Virus record (IMG/VR): IMGVR_UViG_3300011891_000004
From: a virus
Strand: one strand, 5' to 3'
DNA length: 36,787 bases
This document shows positions 1-6,835 of this stretch, piece by piece. Position numbers and translations under genes: made by a program. Position 1 is the stretch's first letter. Each line of letters starts with the position of its first letter. The notes beneath the pieces are model-generated. The model saw only the letters and a list, made by a program, of their open reading frames with translations, was not told where the DNA came from and made no database searches.

Positions 1-99
1 GAAATCGGGCTCCACATATTGTCCACTTCTAATCAAATTCACTTTTGTTTCGTGCTGCTCAACCGCCTTTCCAACTAAGAGCACGATGCTCATCATTGC
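1..99. repeat. Terminal overlap copy 1 (identical to 36689..36787)
   Basis: Direct comparison of the first and last 99 bases shows an exact match. Confidence 0.97.
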
Positions 100-189
100 A
101 ATAATGAGTCCAAACGATAGGATGTACCATTGAAGCATCCATCTCATTAATGGAATGAATCGCACTCTTGTTTTTCTCTTTCGTCTCAT
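1..189 (-). CDS. Small single-pass membrane protein, N-terminal 63 codons; continues across the circular junction into 36653..36688 (74 aa in total)
   Basis: ATG at 189-187 with AAGGAAGGAG about 10 nt upstream. Translation is MRRKRKTRVRFIPLMRWMLQWYILSFGLIIAMMSIVLLVGK..., which contains a hydrophobic helix. Not in the ORF track because it runs off the window. Confidence 0.6.
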   Translation of the reverse strand, partial: MRRKRKTRVRFIPLMRWMLQWYILSFGLIIAMMSIVLLVGKAVEQHETKVNLIRSGQYVEPDF

Positions 190-221
190 CTATGCCAATC
201 TCCTTCCTTGTGTTCGATTTA

Positions 222-422
222 TTAACAAAATCTTTTTTTAAAATCTTTCTTACTTTCCCGGAAACTCTGTAGAATTTTTAAATTAAAATCTGTTAATCCA
301 TCCTTTAATATGTCCACATAAATTTTAGATATTATTACATCATAGGCTTCAAGATATTCATCTCGTAATTCGTCATTGATTTTTATATCATTGCTTTTTA
401 TATTTTTTCGTTTTTTTCTCAT
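222..422 (-). CDS. Hypothetical early protein (66 aa)
   Basis: ORF track entry. Its ATG directly abuts the TAA of the upstream gene, and it sits in the cro operon. Confidence 0.55.
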   Translation of the reverse strand: MRKKRKNIKSNDIKINDELRDEYLEAYDVIISKIYVDILKDGLTDFNLKILQSFRESKKDFKKRFC

Positions 423-677
423 TTATAGAGTTCTCCTTTCGAATTCTGTTCTTGTCATCTTGGTCCCGTATCGATTCGCCCAATTGATTCCTTCAAGTTC
501 GAGGAATCTTTCGAACAATTCGATGTTGATGTTTACATCGTTTCGTGAGATCCGTACATAAGCATCAGCATATTCGCTCGCTTTGATTCGATTCACGATT
601 GTTTTCCACTTGGATTCCGTGTTGTATCTTGGATACATTTCTTGGAATTCTTTTTTTGAAATAATCTTTTTGTTCAT
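423..677 (-). CDS. Hypothetical early protein, possibly an excisionase-like or DNA-binding protein (84 aa)
   Basis: RBS is AAAGGAGGTAAC-ATG. It is the first gene after cro. The pattern ISKKEF...VNINIELFERFLE loosely resembles small Xis/HTH_17 proteins, but the function call is weak. Confidence 0.5.
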   Translation of the reverse strand: MNKKIISKKEFQEMYPRYNTESKWKTIVNRIKASEYADAYVRISRNDVNINIELFERFLELEGINWANRYGTKMTRTEFERRTL

Positions 678-688
678 GTTACCTCCTT

Positions 689-705
689 TATCTCAGACTG
701 AGATA
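689..705. promoter_or_regulatory. Distal operator-like palindrome TATCTC-AGACT-GAGATA
   Basis: A perfect 17-mer with the same half-sites and spacing as the two palindromes in the cI/cro intergenic region. Confidence 0.6.
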
Positions 706-708
706 TTT

Positions 709-936
709 TTATTTAAAAAAAATATCTTCTACACTTTTACCAAATTCACGAGCAATGATGTCCATCTCATAATCTTTGAATGGAAATTCTCCCGCCTCCT
801 TCTTCTCATATTGTCTACGGTCTAAACCGATTAGATTCGCCATATATCCTGTTGTAAGTTCTCGACCTAATCGTTCTTTTCTTAGCTCTACTTTTGGTTT
901 TAAGTGTTTCTTTTGCAATCTTTTTTTGTCGGTCAT
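709..936 (-). CDS. Cro-like HTH (XRE family) transcriptional regulator
   Basis: HTH pattern LGRELTTGYMANLIGLDRRQYEKKEAGE. Divergent from the cI-like gene. The start was refined to the ATG at 936 (MTDKK) behind GAGGAGGTG; the ORF track begins 6 codons earlier. Confidence 0.8.
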   Translation of the reverse strand: MTDKKRLQKKHLKPKVELRKERLGRELTTGYMANLIGLDRRQYEKKEAGEFPFKDYEMDIIAREFGKSVEDIFFK

Positions 937-987
937 CCACTCACCTCCTCTCATGTATTTGAGGTCTCAAATCAACCTCGTGACACT

Positions 988-1016
988 AATATATCTCAAC
1001 TTGAGATATTTGTCAA
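988..1016 (-). promoter_or_regulatory. Candidate early lytic promoter (P-cro): TTGACA-17 nt-TATATT
   Basis: On the - strand the -35 TTGACA is the complement of 1011..1016 and the -10 TATATT is the complement of 988..993. The spacer holds the operator at 992..1008. Confidence 0.65.
992..1008. promoter_or_regulatory. Operator palindrome TATCTC-AACTT-GAGATA
   Basis: A perfect inverted repeat lying in the spacer and -10 of the candidate cro promoter. Confidence 0.7.
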
Positions 1017-1023
1017 CACTTTT

Positions 1024-1040
1024 TATCTCTTTTTGAGATA
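1024..1040. promoter_or_regulatory. Operator palindrome TATCTC-TTTTT-GAGATA
   Basis: A perfect inverted repeat whose centre is 32 bp from the centre of 992..1008. It lies between the two -35 elements. Confidence 0.7.
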
Positions 1041-1046
1041 TTTTTT

Positions 1047-1075
1047 TTGCATTTTTTATCGCATACTTTTATAAT
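1047..1075 (+). promoter_or_regulatory. Candidate repressor promoter (P-cI): TTGCAT-17 nt-TATAAT
   Basis: TTGCAT at 1047..1052 and TATAAT at 1070..1075, about 35 nt upstream of the GGAGG-ATG at 1096..1112. Confidence 0.6.
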
Positions 1076-1109
1076 GTTATCAAATCAAAGAAAATGGAGG
1101 TTTAAACTC

Positions 1110-1796
1110 ATGAACATTTTAGGCGAATCCATAAAACAATTGAGATAAAAAAATAATTTAACTCAAGTTGAGCTTGGAAAAATGACGGGTTTTAAACAAA
1201 ACACAATTTCTCAACACGAAAAAGGGAAAAGAGATATTGATGAAGAAGATATATTGAAGTATTGTCGTGCTCTTGGGATAAGTCCACAAGATTTATTTGA
1301 TATGAGCAGCAACAAGCGAACTTCAAAAGAGTTATCAATAATCTACAACAAACTAGACTCAAAACGACAAGCTAAAGTATACGAATTCGCTTCGCATCAA
1401 TTAGATGAACAAAATGGAATCCAAGAAGACAAGGTGGTTTACCTTGTCCGTGGTCGTCAATCTGCTGCCGGATCCATGATACATGTGGATGATGTGGATG
1501 CTGAAATGGGCGTACTTCCCTCTTCTATCGTTCCAAATGGTGCGAATGAATTGGTTAGAATCACAGGGGATTCGATGGAGCCGCTTATCAAGAAAGGCTC
1601 TGAAGTATATCTAAGATATCAACCGACTGTCGAAGATGGCGAAGTTGCTATCGTTCGAGTTGAAGATGAAGGAGTTACATGCAAGTATCTCTATCGTGAT
1701 GGGAAGAATGTGATTCTCAAATCTGAGAATCCAAAGTATGAGAATATAGTTGTGGATGCTGAGAAAATATCAGTAATTGGAAAGGTTCTTTTATAG
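1110..1796 (+). pseudogene. cI/LexA-like repressor (XRE HTH plus S24 peptidase) interrupted by an in-frame TAA at 1146..1148
   Basis: GGAGG at 1096-1100 precedes the ATG at 1110. The reading is MNILGESIKQLR-TAA-KNNLTQVELGKMTGFKQNTISQHEKGKR..., all in one frame. The ORF track starts only at the ATG at 1182. The C-terminus (...ITGDSMEPLIKKGS...) is an S24 self-cleavage domain. Confidence 0.85.
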
Positions 1797-1806
1797 GAGG
1801 TTCATT

Positions 1807-2937
1807 ATGTATATAGAAGAACGACATGGGAAGGATGGCATCAGTTATCGCTATTGCGAGAAGTTCTATGACCCACGATTCGACAAATGGCGGCGTAAAT
1901 CGGTTACGTTCAACAACAAGACTCGTGAGACTAGAAAGAGAGCTCAAGAGATGCTTGCGAATGCCATTCAAAAAGAACTTGGGAATGTGGTGATGGATAG
2001 TCGAACGATTCATTCGGTCATAGATGAGTACAAGAAAATATATAAGAAGAACGTGAAGCGAACCACATTCTTGTCCGTAGAGGCACAATACAAAGAATTT
2101 GAAGAATTCATTGATTCAAATAGAATTATCACTACAATCACAACTCAAGACTTGAATCGATTCTTCGACTATCTATTGTATACAAGAAATATCTCGAACG
2201 CCACCACATCCACTTATAAGTCACGTTTGAACAAGTTATTCCAATACGCTGTGAAAAATGGATACATCGAAACGAATCCAATCGAATCTTGCATCATCGA
2301 ATATAAAGTCCGAACAGAATCTAAGAAAAATCCCAATAAATTCTTGGAGGATGACGAATACAATCGTTTGATTGAATATACTCGCAAAATCAATCTAAGA
2401 TATGCGATGTTTTTCGAATGGATGTACATGACAGGGATGCGAGCTGGTGAAGCTCTTGCCCTAACTTGGGACAAGATTGACTTGGATTCAAATCCACCAG
2501 TTGCACACGTATCTTCAACGCTAGAATACCACAAATTGAAAATCAAGGATGTTTATGCGAGCACTTCTCCAAAAACGACCGCATCGATCCGTTCGGTCTC
2601 GCTCCCAAATAGATGCATCGAGATTCTTGCTCAAATTGAAGAATTAGAGGTCAACAATCAAGGATTCATCTTCACGACATCCAAACATACCCCGATATCC
2701 ATTCATGCTCTAAACACGTTTCTAAGAGCTCACAGAGAACGCATGGGAATCGACAAGAATATCTCCACTCACATATTCAGACACACGCATATCTCGAAGC
2801 TTGCTGAGATGGGATTGCCACTCTATTCCATTCAAGCTCGAGTTGGTCACGAGAACAGTCAAGTGACTGAATCTATATACTTGCATATCACTAAAAAGAT
2901 GAAAGATGAAGTATATAATGCAATTCAATTCATGTGA
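1807..2937 (+). CDS. int: Tyrosine recombinase (phage integrase)
   Basis: Catalytic signature MTGMRAGEALAL...HIFRHTHIS...VGHENSQVTESIYLHI (R..HxxR..H..Y). The start was refined to the ATG at 1807 behind AGGAGG. Confidence 0.92.
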   Translation: MYIEERHGKDGISYRYCEKFYDPRFDKWRRKSVTFNNKTRETRKRAQEMLANAIQKELGNVVMDSRTIHSVIDEYKKIYKKNVKRTTFLSVEAQYKEFEEFIDSNRIITTITTQDLNRFFDYLLYTRNISNATTSTYKSRLNKLFQYAVKNGYIETNPIESCIIEYKVRTESKKNPNKFLEDDEYNRLIEYTRKINLRYAMFFEWMYMTGMRAGEALALTWDKIDLDSNPPVAHVSSTLEYHKLKIKDVYASTSPKTTASIRSVSLPNRCIEILAQIEELEVNNQGFIFTTSKHTPISIHALNTFLRAHRERMGIDKNISTHIFRHTHISKLAEMGLPLYSIQARVGHENSQVTESIYLHITKKMKDEVYNAIQFM

Positions 2938-2942
2938 AAAGC

Positions 2943-2962
2943 TTGCCCCCAAATCGCCCCCA
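2943..2962 (+). repeat. Two GCCCCCA motifs 11 bp apart (2945..2951, 2956..2962); candidate arm-type integrase sites
   Basis: Read directly from the sequence. The orientation matches the pair at 3215..3234. Confidence 0.5.
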
Positions 2963-3013
2963 AGAACAATTTTTTCCCAAAAATATCACACCACAGAAAA
3001 ATAGACAAAAAGA

Positions 3014-3052
3014 AAAAGCCTTGATATATCAAGGCTTTTCGTGTGTTTTTTA
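3014..3052 (+). terminator. Intrinsic terminator after int
   Basis: Perfect 11-bp stem AAGCCTTGATA/TATCAAGGCTT (3016..3037) followed by a T-rich tract. Confidence 0.75.
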
Positions 3053-3214
3053 TCGTCTACGCTCTTGGATTCGAGCTGCTTTTCCTCGTAAGTTACGGAT
3101 GAGGTATGGGATATTTGTCGAAGTTTAAGAAGTGAGCTTTTGTTGATATTAAAGCATTTTCGAAGGCTTCACAAGTTGATTGAAGAATAACTAATGATGA
3201 ACCAAGCGATTTTT

Positions 3215-3234
3215 TTGCCCCCATTTTGCCCCCA
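3215..3234 (+). repeat. Two TTGCCCCCA motifs 11 bp apart (3215..3223, 3226..3234); candidate arm-type integrase sites
   Basis: Read directly from the sequence. Confidence 0.5.
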
Positions 3235-3264
3235 AAATAAAAAGCCTACCCCGAAAGGTAGGCT
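3233..3264 (-). terminator. Intrinsic terminator after the endolysin gene
   Basis: Stem AGCCTACC/GGTAGGCT (3243..3264) followed on the - strand by TTTTTATTTT. Confidence 0.8.
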
Positions 3265-3270
3265 CATTGT

Positions 3271-4155
3271 TTATTCTTCGAAGTGAATCGCACCACTTTC
3301 ATCAACACGAACCGATGCTTTTTCGAGCATCTCTCCATTCTCGTTGAAATAGTAGTACGCATCACCAATCTTGCGAACTTCTTTTGAAATCATATCGCCA
3401 TTTGATTCGTTGCAATAGTACCATTTGTCGAAGTATCGAATCCAACCAGTCTTCATCTCTCCGACCTCGTTGAAGAAGTACCACTTGCCCCCAATCTTAT
3501 GCCATCCGATAGCCATATAGCCACCCGACTTCAACCAATACCAGAAGCCTTCATCGTCCTTGAACCAAGTATTCTCGAGAGCGTAGCCATCAGAATTGAA
3601 TCTAAACCAGTTTCCATCAATATTCTTCCAAGCATTGAATGGATACGTTCCATCTTGATTCTTGAAGTACCAACCAACAGAATCTTGAATCCATCCTTCT
3701 CGTTGGACAGGTGTGCTCGTATCGGATCCATAAGGGAATCGAATATATCCAACCATCCCAGCGTATGAGCGAGTGTTGAATCGAGCGGGACCACCAACCT
3801 CAAGGAAGTCCCAGTTTCCATCGATATTTTGTTCGATGGTCTTGAGAGTATAACCATCAGAATCTTCAATGACGATTCCTGTGTGACCGTAAGGGCTGCC
3901 CGGAACCTCCATCACAAAGATGTCACCAGCTTTTGCAATGACTCCATCGCCTTCATAAATTACATCAAAACCTTGTGCTTTTGCTGAATTTAGTAAGTCA
4001 ATAGCATTTCCCCATAACCACTTTCCAAAGTAGTGGTATGAGATATAAGCAGGGATGTCCGCACATTGGAATCCATACATTTGGTCGTTATCAACACCAC
4101 TTCCGATTTTTGCTAAATACACAATAAAATCAAGTACTTCTCTAACTGTTGCCAT
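3271..4155 (-). CDS. Endolysin: N-terminal CHAP amidase/peptidase plus C-terminal cell-wall-binding repeats (CW_binding_1 / choline-binding-like)
   Basis: CHAP Cys/His motifs (GFQCADIPAY, YGHTGIVIE). Repeated GW..F/Y...G aromatic repeats (GWYFKNQDG, NWFRFNSDG, GKWYFFNEVG, AYYYFNENG). Confidence 0.9.
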   Translation of the reverse strand: MATVREVLDFIVYLAKIGSGVDNDQMYGFQCADIPAYISYHYFGKWLWGNAIDLLNSAKAQGFDVIYEGDGVIAKAGDIFVMEVPGSPYGHTGIVIEDSDGYTLKTIEQNIDGNWDFLEVGGPARFNTRSYAGMVGYIRFPYGSDTSTPVQREGWIQDSVGWYFKNQDGTYPFNAWKNIDGNWFRFNSDGYALENTWFKDDEGFWYWLKSGGYMAIGWHKIGGKWYFFNEVGEMKTGWIRYFDKWYYCNESNGDMISKEVRKIGDAYYYFNENGEMLEKASVRVDESGAIHFEE

Positions 4156-4174
4156 TTATATATTCCTCCTTAAA

Positions 4175-5773
4175 TTATGGTAATATTACCGGCCATGCTT
4201 CGCTTGTGAGATACGAAATCGAACTCACTCGGATGTCGCCGATGTCTCGGTCGGTTGGGACGGGGTCAGTAAATTGGAAACGTAACATGTTGCTATCTCC
4301 TGCGCCTCCGAGATACCAAGTTCCATAAGGTGTGCCCTTATCGTTGTAAATTCCGCCAATTAAAGATGACTCTGAGCGAAATCCGATAGGGACACCACCT
4401 AGCCCTAGAATGTAGCAATTTCGTTCTCTGTCGCTCCCTTGAGCCTCGTATCCCACGCCACCTCTACGAATAACGCCAAACCAGCCCCAAGAAAGCCCAC
4501 CAAATTGGTAAGTAACTACATCGTTTTTTCGTCTGATTTTTAAATACGAGCTTCCAAGTTTAGACTTAATGTTTAAGGTTCTCCAACCTGTGTCCCCGGT
4601 TAGTACCTCCCATCCTTGGTTGTCGTTGCCTCTACGTTTTATCCACTTGAGAGCTCCACTTGTGACAGCTGTATCGACATACGTTGTCCCAACAGGAGCG
4701 GTTACTTTCCCATTTGGCATGCCAGGGCCGTGGATTTCGTATTCATGAACTTGACCGGGAGTGCCACTTGGTTGTGTTGCTGCGGTAGTTGGGAGTGCGA
4801 TGCTTCCACCACCATCAGAAAGAGTCACCACGTTCCCAGCGATGCTCAATTTTTGTGGAATACCCACGCCATCTCGACCGTTCTCGCCTTTTGGACCCGG
4901 TGTGCCTTGAATACCTTGCGGACCTCGTTCGCCTGTATCCCCTTTTTGTCCTTGTTCTCCTCGTTCACCTTTTGGTCCGGGTTGCCCGTCTTGACCTCGC
5001 TCTCCTTGGATACCTTGTAAGCCTTGCTGACCGTCCGCCCCTCTTGGTCCCGTCAAACCTTGCGGTCCTATCGGTCCACGTTCGCCAGTTTCTCCCTTAT
5101 CGCCTTTCGGTCCGGGTGTCAAAGCAATGTTTTGTAGTTCTTGCTTGGTTGCGAAATTGCTCGTGTCGATTTCGGGCTTGCTCTCTAAAGCCGATATTCG
5201 GCGTTTTAAGGGCTCGTCATCATAGATGGTGTCTTTATCCGTTTTTTGTTCCAAAGTCGCAATTTTGCCAGTAATTTGCGAAATCTCGCCACGCAATCCA
5301 CTATCGTCATACGTTCCACCTTGCTCTTTGATTTTGTTGAAAAGTGCATCCAATTCTTGTTTGGTTACAACGTTCTCAACATCAACAATTCGCCCCGTCA
5401 CTCGTTCGATGAGTGGTGTTTCTTGAGCCTTATCAATTTCACTAACACGTACATTGAATAAGAATGAGTAAACATCCGTTGATTTCTCTACCTTCTCAAA
5501 ATAGATATAGCCCACAACAGGTTCATCGGTAGTGATTAGTGAACTATCGAATGGAACTGTAATAGTGTTGTCCTCGATTGTAGACTCGACAGTTTTGTAG
5601 CGTTTTGTGTATTTGAAGTAAAAAAGACAAAGAACCTTTGAAGCTGTCAATTCATCAATAGTGAACTTGAACGTTGCTGTGCCTTTGTCTTTGCTATATA
5701 TTTCAATGTTTAAATTCTCAACTACTCGATGGGTTGGTGTAATACTCAAATATTTCTCGATTACTTTTTCCAT
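4175..5773 (-). CDS. BppU-like N-terminal domain / coiled coil / collagen-like G-X-Y repeats / C-terminal globular domain: tail fibre or receptor-binding-type protein
   Basis: About 30 uninterrupted G-X-Y triplets ([19 protein letters not shown]...). The N-terminus resembles the baseplate upper protein Ig-like domain. Confidence 0.75.
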   Translation of the reverse strand: MEKVIEKYLSITPTHRVVENLNIEIYSKDKGTATFKFTIDELTASKVLCLFYFKYTKRYKTVESTIEDNTITVPFDSSLITTDEPVVGYIYFEKVEKSTDVYSFLFNVRVSEIDKAQETPLIERVTGRIVDVENVVTKQELDALFNKIKEQGGTYDDSGLRGEISQITGKIATLEQKTDKDTIYDDEPLKRRISALESKPEIDTSNFATKQELQNIALTPGPKGDKGETGERGPIGPQGLTGPRGADGQQGLQGIQGERGQDGQPGPKGERGEQGQKGDTGERGPQGIQGTPGPKGENGRDGVGIPQKLSIAGNVVTLSDGGGSIALPTTAATQPSGTPGQVHEYEIHGPGMPNGKVTAPVGTTYVDTAVTSGALKWIKRRGNDNQGWEVLTGDTGWRTLNIKSKLGSSYLKIRRKNDVVTYQFGGLSWGWFGVIRRGGVGYEAQGSDRERNCYILGLGGVPIGFRSESSLIGGIYNDKGTPYGTWYLGGAGDSNMLRFQFTDPVPTDRDIGDIRVSSISYLTSEAWPVILP

Positions 5774-5789
5774 ACGTTCCTCCCTTCTT

Positions 5790-5821
5790 TAAATAAAAAG
5801 AGGACTCGCAATGAGCCCTCT
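5790..5821 (-). terminator. Intrinsic terminator-like hairpin after the holin gene
   Basis: A 9-bp stem with one mismatch (5799..5821) followed on the - strand by TTTTTATTT. Confidence 0.55.
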
Positions 5822-5835
5822 GTGGATCCGTATTC

Positions 5836-6192
5836 TTATCCTTCAATATTTTTCAATTCATTGAATCCATTCACAACAGATTCAATCAATACCTTCTTGG
5901 ATTCATCATCCAAATTGATTCCAGCTTTTTCAAGTTCTTTCGTCACATTATCGAAAGCCACTTGGAACTTGTCTTGACTTGCGTTTTGAACATCTCGGAA
6001 GATTTGTTCCACAGCATTCACGACTGTTTGAGTGATTGATTTTGCAAGCTCGTAGTTCTTAGCATCTGTTTTGGCTTTCAATTCTGTCGCTTTAGTTTCG
6101 ATGAAGCCCTTCAACCCTGTGAATGCTAACCCTACTAAGACGACTAAAATGCTCACGATTCCATTGATGATAGTTGCTTGTAATTGTTCCAT
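5836..6192 (-). CDS. Holin, LL-H-like (one N-terminal TM helix plus a long hydrophilic tail)
   Basis: TM segment IINGIVSILVVLVGLAFTGL followed by ...ELKAKTD...VVNAVEQ..., a pattern typical of Holin_LLH proteins. It lies within the lysis region. Confidence 0.6.
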   Translation of the reverse strand: MEQLQATIINGIVSILVVLVGLAFTGLKGFIETKATELKAKTDAKNYELAKSITQTVVNAVEQIFRDVQNASQDKFQVAFDNVTKELEKAGINLDDESKKVLIESVVNGFNELKNIEG

Positions 6193-6194
6193 AT

Positions 6195-6611
6195 TTAAAC
6201 ATCCTCTCTTAATTGTTTGATTTCTGTTTTTGTTTTGATTGGTAATCTCAAGAAGATTTCATGTAGGTCATAGATTTCTCCATTCCCTCCTAAATTCACA
6301 TACGCTTGATATAATTTGCCAATCTCACGAGCTTCTTCGACTGTTGTCCATCCACGTTCAATGGCTCTCGACATTGTGTCGTATAGTCTGAATCTCGCCA
6401 CGGTTCGAATCCCTTCTCGATTGTCGTTTCCGATACTCTCAACTTTCTGAACATCCATTCTCACATCTTGGATTTGTTCAGTCACCCCATCCAATCGATT
6501 CAAAATTTCATTTGTATGTTTCTTGGATTGGGTTGATATTCTAGTCGTAATCAAGCTCACAACACCGCCTATCGCAGCGATTACGACCGCATCTGAGAAG
6601 AATGGATTCAT
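6195..6611 (-). CDS. Membrane-anchored hypothetical protein (N-terminal TM)
   Basis: ATGA overlap with the upstream gene. TM segment AVVIAAIGGVVSLITT. Confidence 0.55.
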   Translation of the reverse strand: MNPFFSDAVVIAAIGGVVSLITTRISTQSKKHTNEILNRLDGVTEQIQDVRMDVQKVESIGNDNREGIRTVARFRLYDTMSRAIERGWTTVEEAREIGKLYQAYVNLGGNGEIYDLHEIFLRLPIKTKTEIKQLREDV

Positions 6612-6823
6612 CGTTCCATGACCTCGATTGCTGTTGCCAGAGTGTTGATTTCTTGTTGTTTGGTGTTGAGGTCTCGACTCTTAAATTCGATTTTGTCTTG
6701 TAGATTTTGAGCTTGCTGCTCAAGTTTCGACTTATCAATCGAGAATGTATAGATTTCTTCTTTTGCGACTTCAACCTCTCGTTCAAGTTGAGTCTTGCGT
6801 GTTTTTGCTTGTTCTAAATTCAT
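6608..6823 (-). CDS. Small coiled-coil hypothetical protein
   Basis: RBS is AAGGGGGCAAAAAT-ATG. The sequence is heptad-rich. Confidence 0.55.
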   Translation of the reverse strand: MNLEQAKTRKTQLEREVEVAKEEIYTFSIDKSKLEQQAQNLQDKIEFKSRDLNTKQQEINTLATAIEVMER

Positions 6824-6835
6824 ATTTTTGCCCCC

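Larger units (their letters stand above)
2938..3240. other. Probable attP region
   Basis: Non-coding stretch between int and the endolysin gene. It holds paired GCCCCCA repeats at both flanks and a central palindrome at 3084..3104. Confidence 0.55.

Noticed and set aside
1-99. The 99-bp direct repeats at the two window ends could be attL/attR of an integrated prophage.
   Set aside because: The repeat lies inside an ORF that is completed only by joining the ends. int and the attP-like region sit about 2-3 kb away, and no host-like genes flank the element. A circular assembly overlap is the better explanation.
1146-1148. The TAA inside the repressor gene could be evidence of stop-codon reassignment.
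   Set aside because: TAA terminates many clearly complete genes in this genome, for example the endolysin, holin and MuF-ART genes. No other gene shows internal TAA codons.
3066-3082. A TCGAATCC string on the - strand resembles a tRNA T-loop, which could mean attP carries a tRNA 3' end.
   Set aside because: The flanking bases do not form a T-stem or an acceptor stem, and no cloverleaf could be drawn.
2934-3128. A 64-aa + strand ORF lies in the int-lysin intergenic region.
   Set aside because: It has no RBS, runs through a terminator hairpin and the repeat motifs, and its composition does not look like a protein. The region is better explained as attP.
4860-5140. The highly periodic 9-bp/3-bp repeat DNA could be a tandem-repeat or CRISPR-like element.
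   Set aside because: It is the coding sequence of the G-X-Y collagen triplets within one long ORF. It has no spacer/repeat organisation.
4789-5274. A 161-aa + strand ORF lies inside the collagen-repeat gene. Similar long antisense ORFs occur at 7886..8368, 11527..12018, 13363..13710, 15405..15779 and 22184..22624.
   Set aside because: All lie antisense to strongly supported structural genes, lack ribosome-binding sites, and have low-complexity or repeat-driven translations (for example poly-Pro opposite poly-Gly). They were treated as shadow ORFs.
6541-6786. An 81-aa - strand ORF overlaps the 6195..6611 and 6608..6823 genes. Other nested same-strand ORFs occur at 3531..3869, 8365..8691, 24889..25122, 25652..25843, 27567..27785, 28374..28592 and 31312..31653.
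   Set aside because: They are alternative frames inside better-supported genes. They lack an RBS and their composition is basic or low in complexity.
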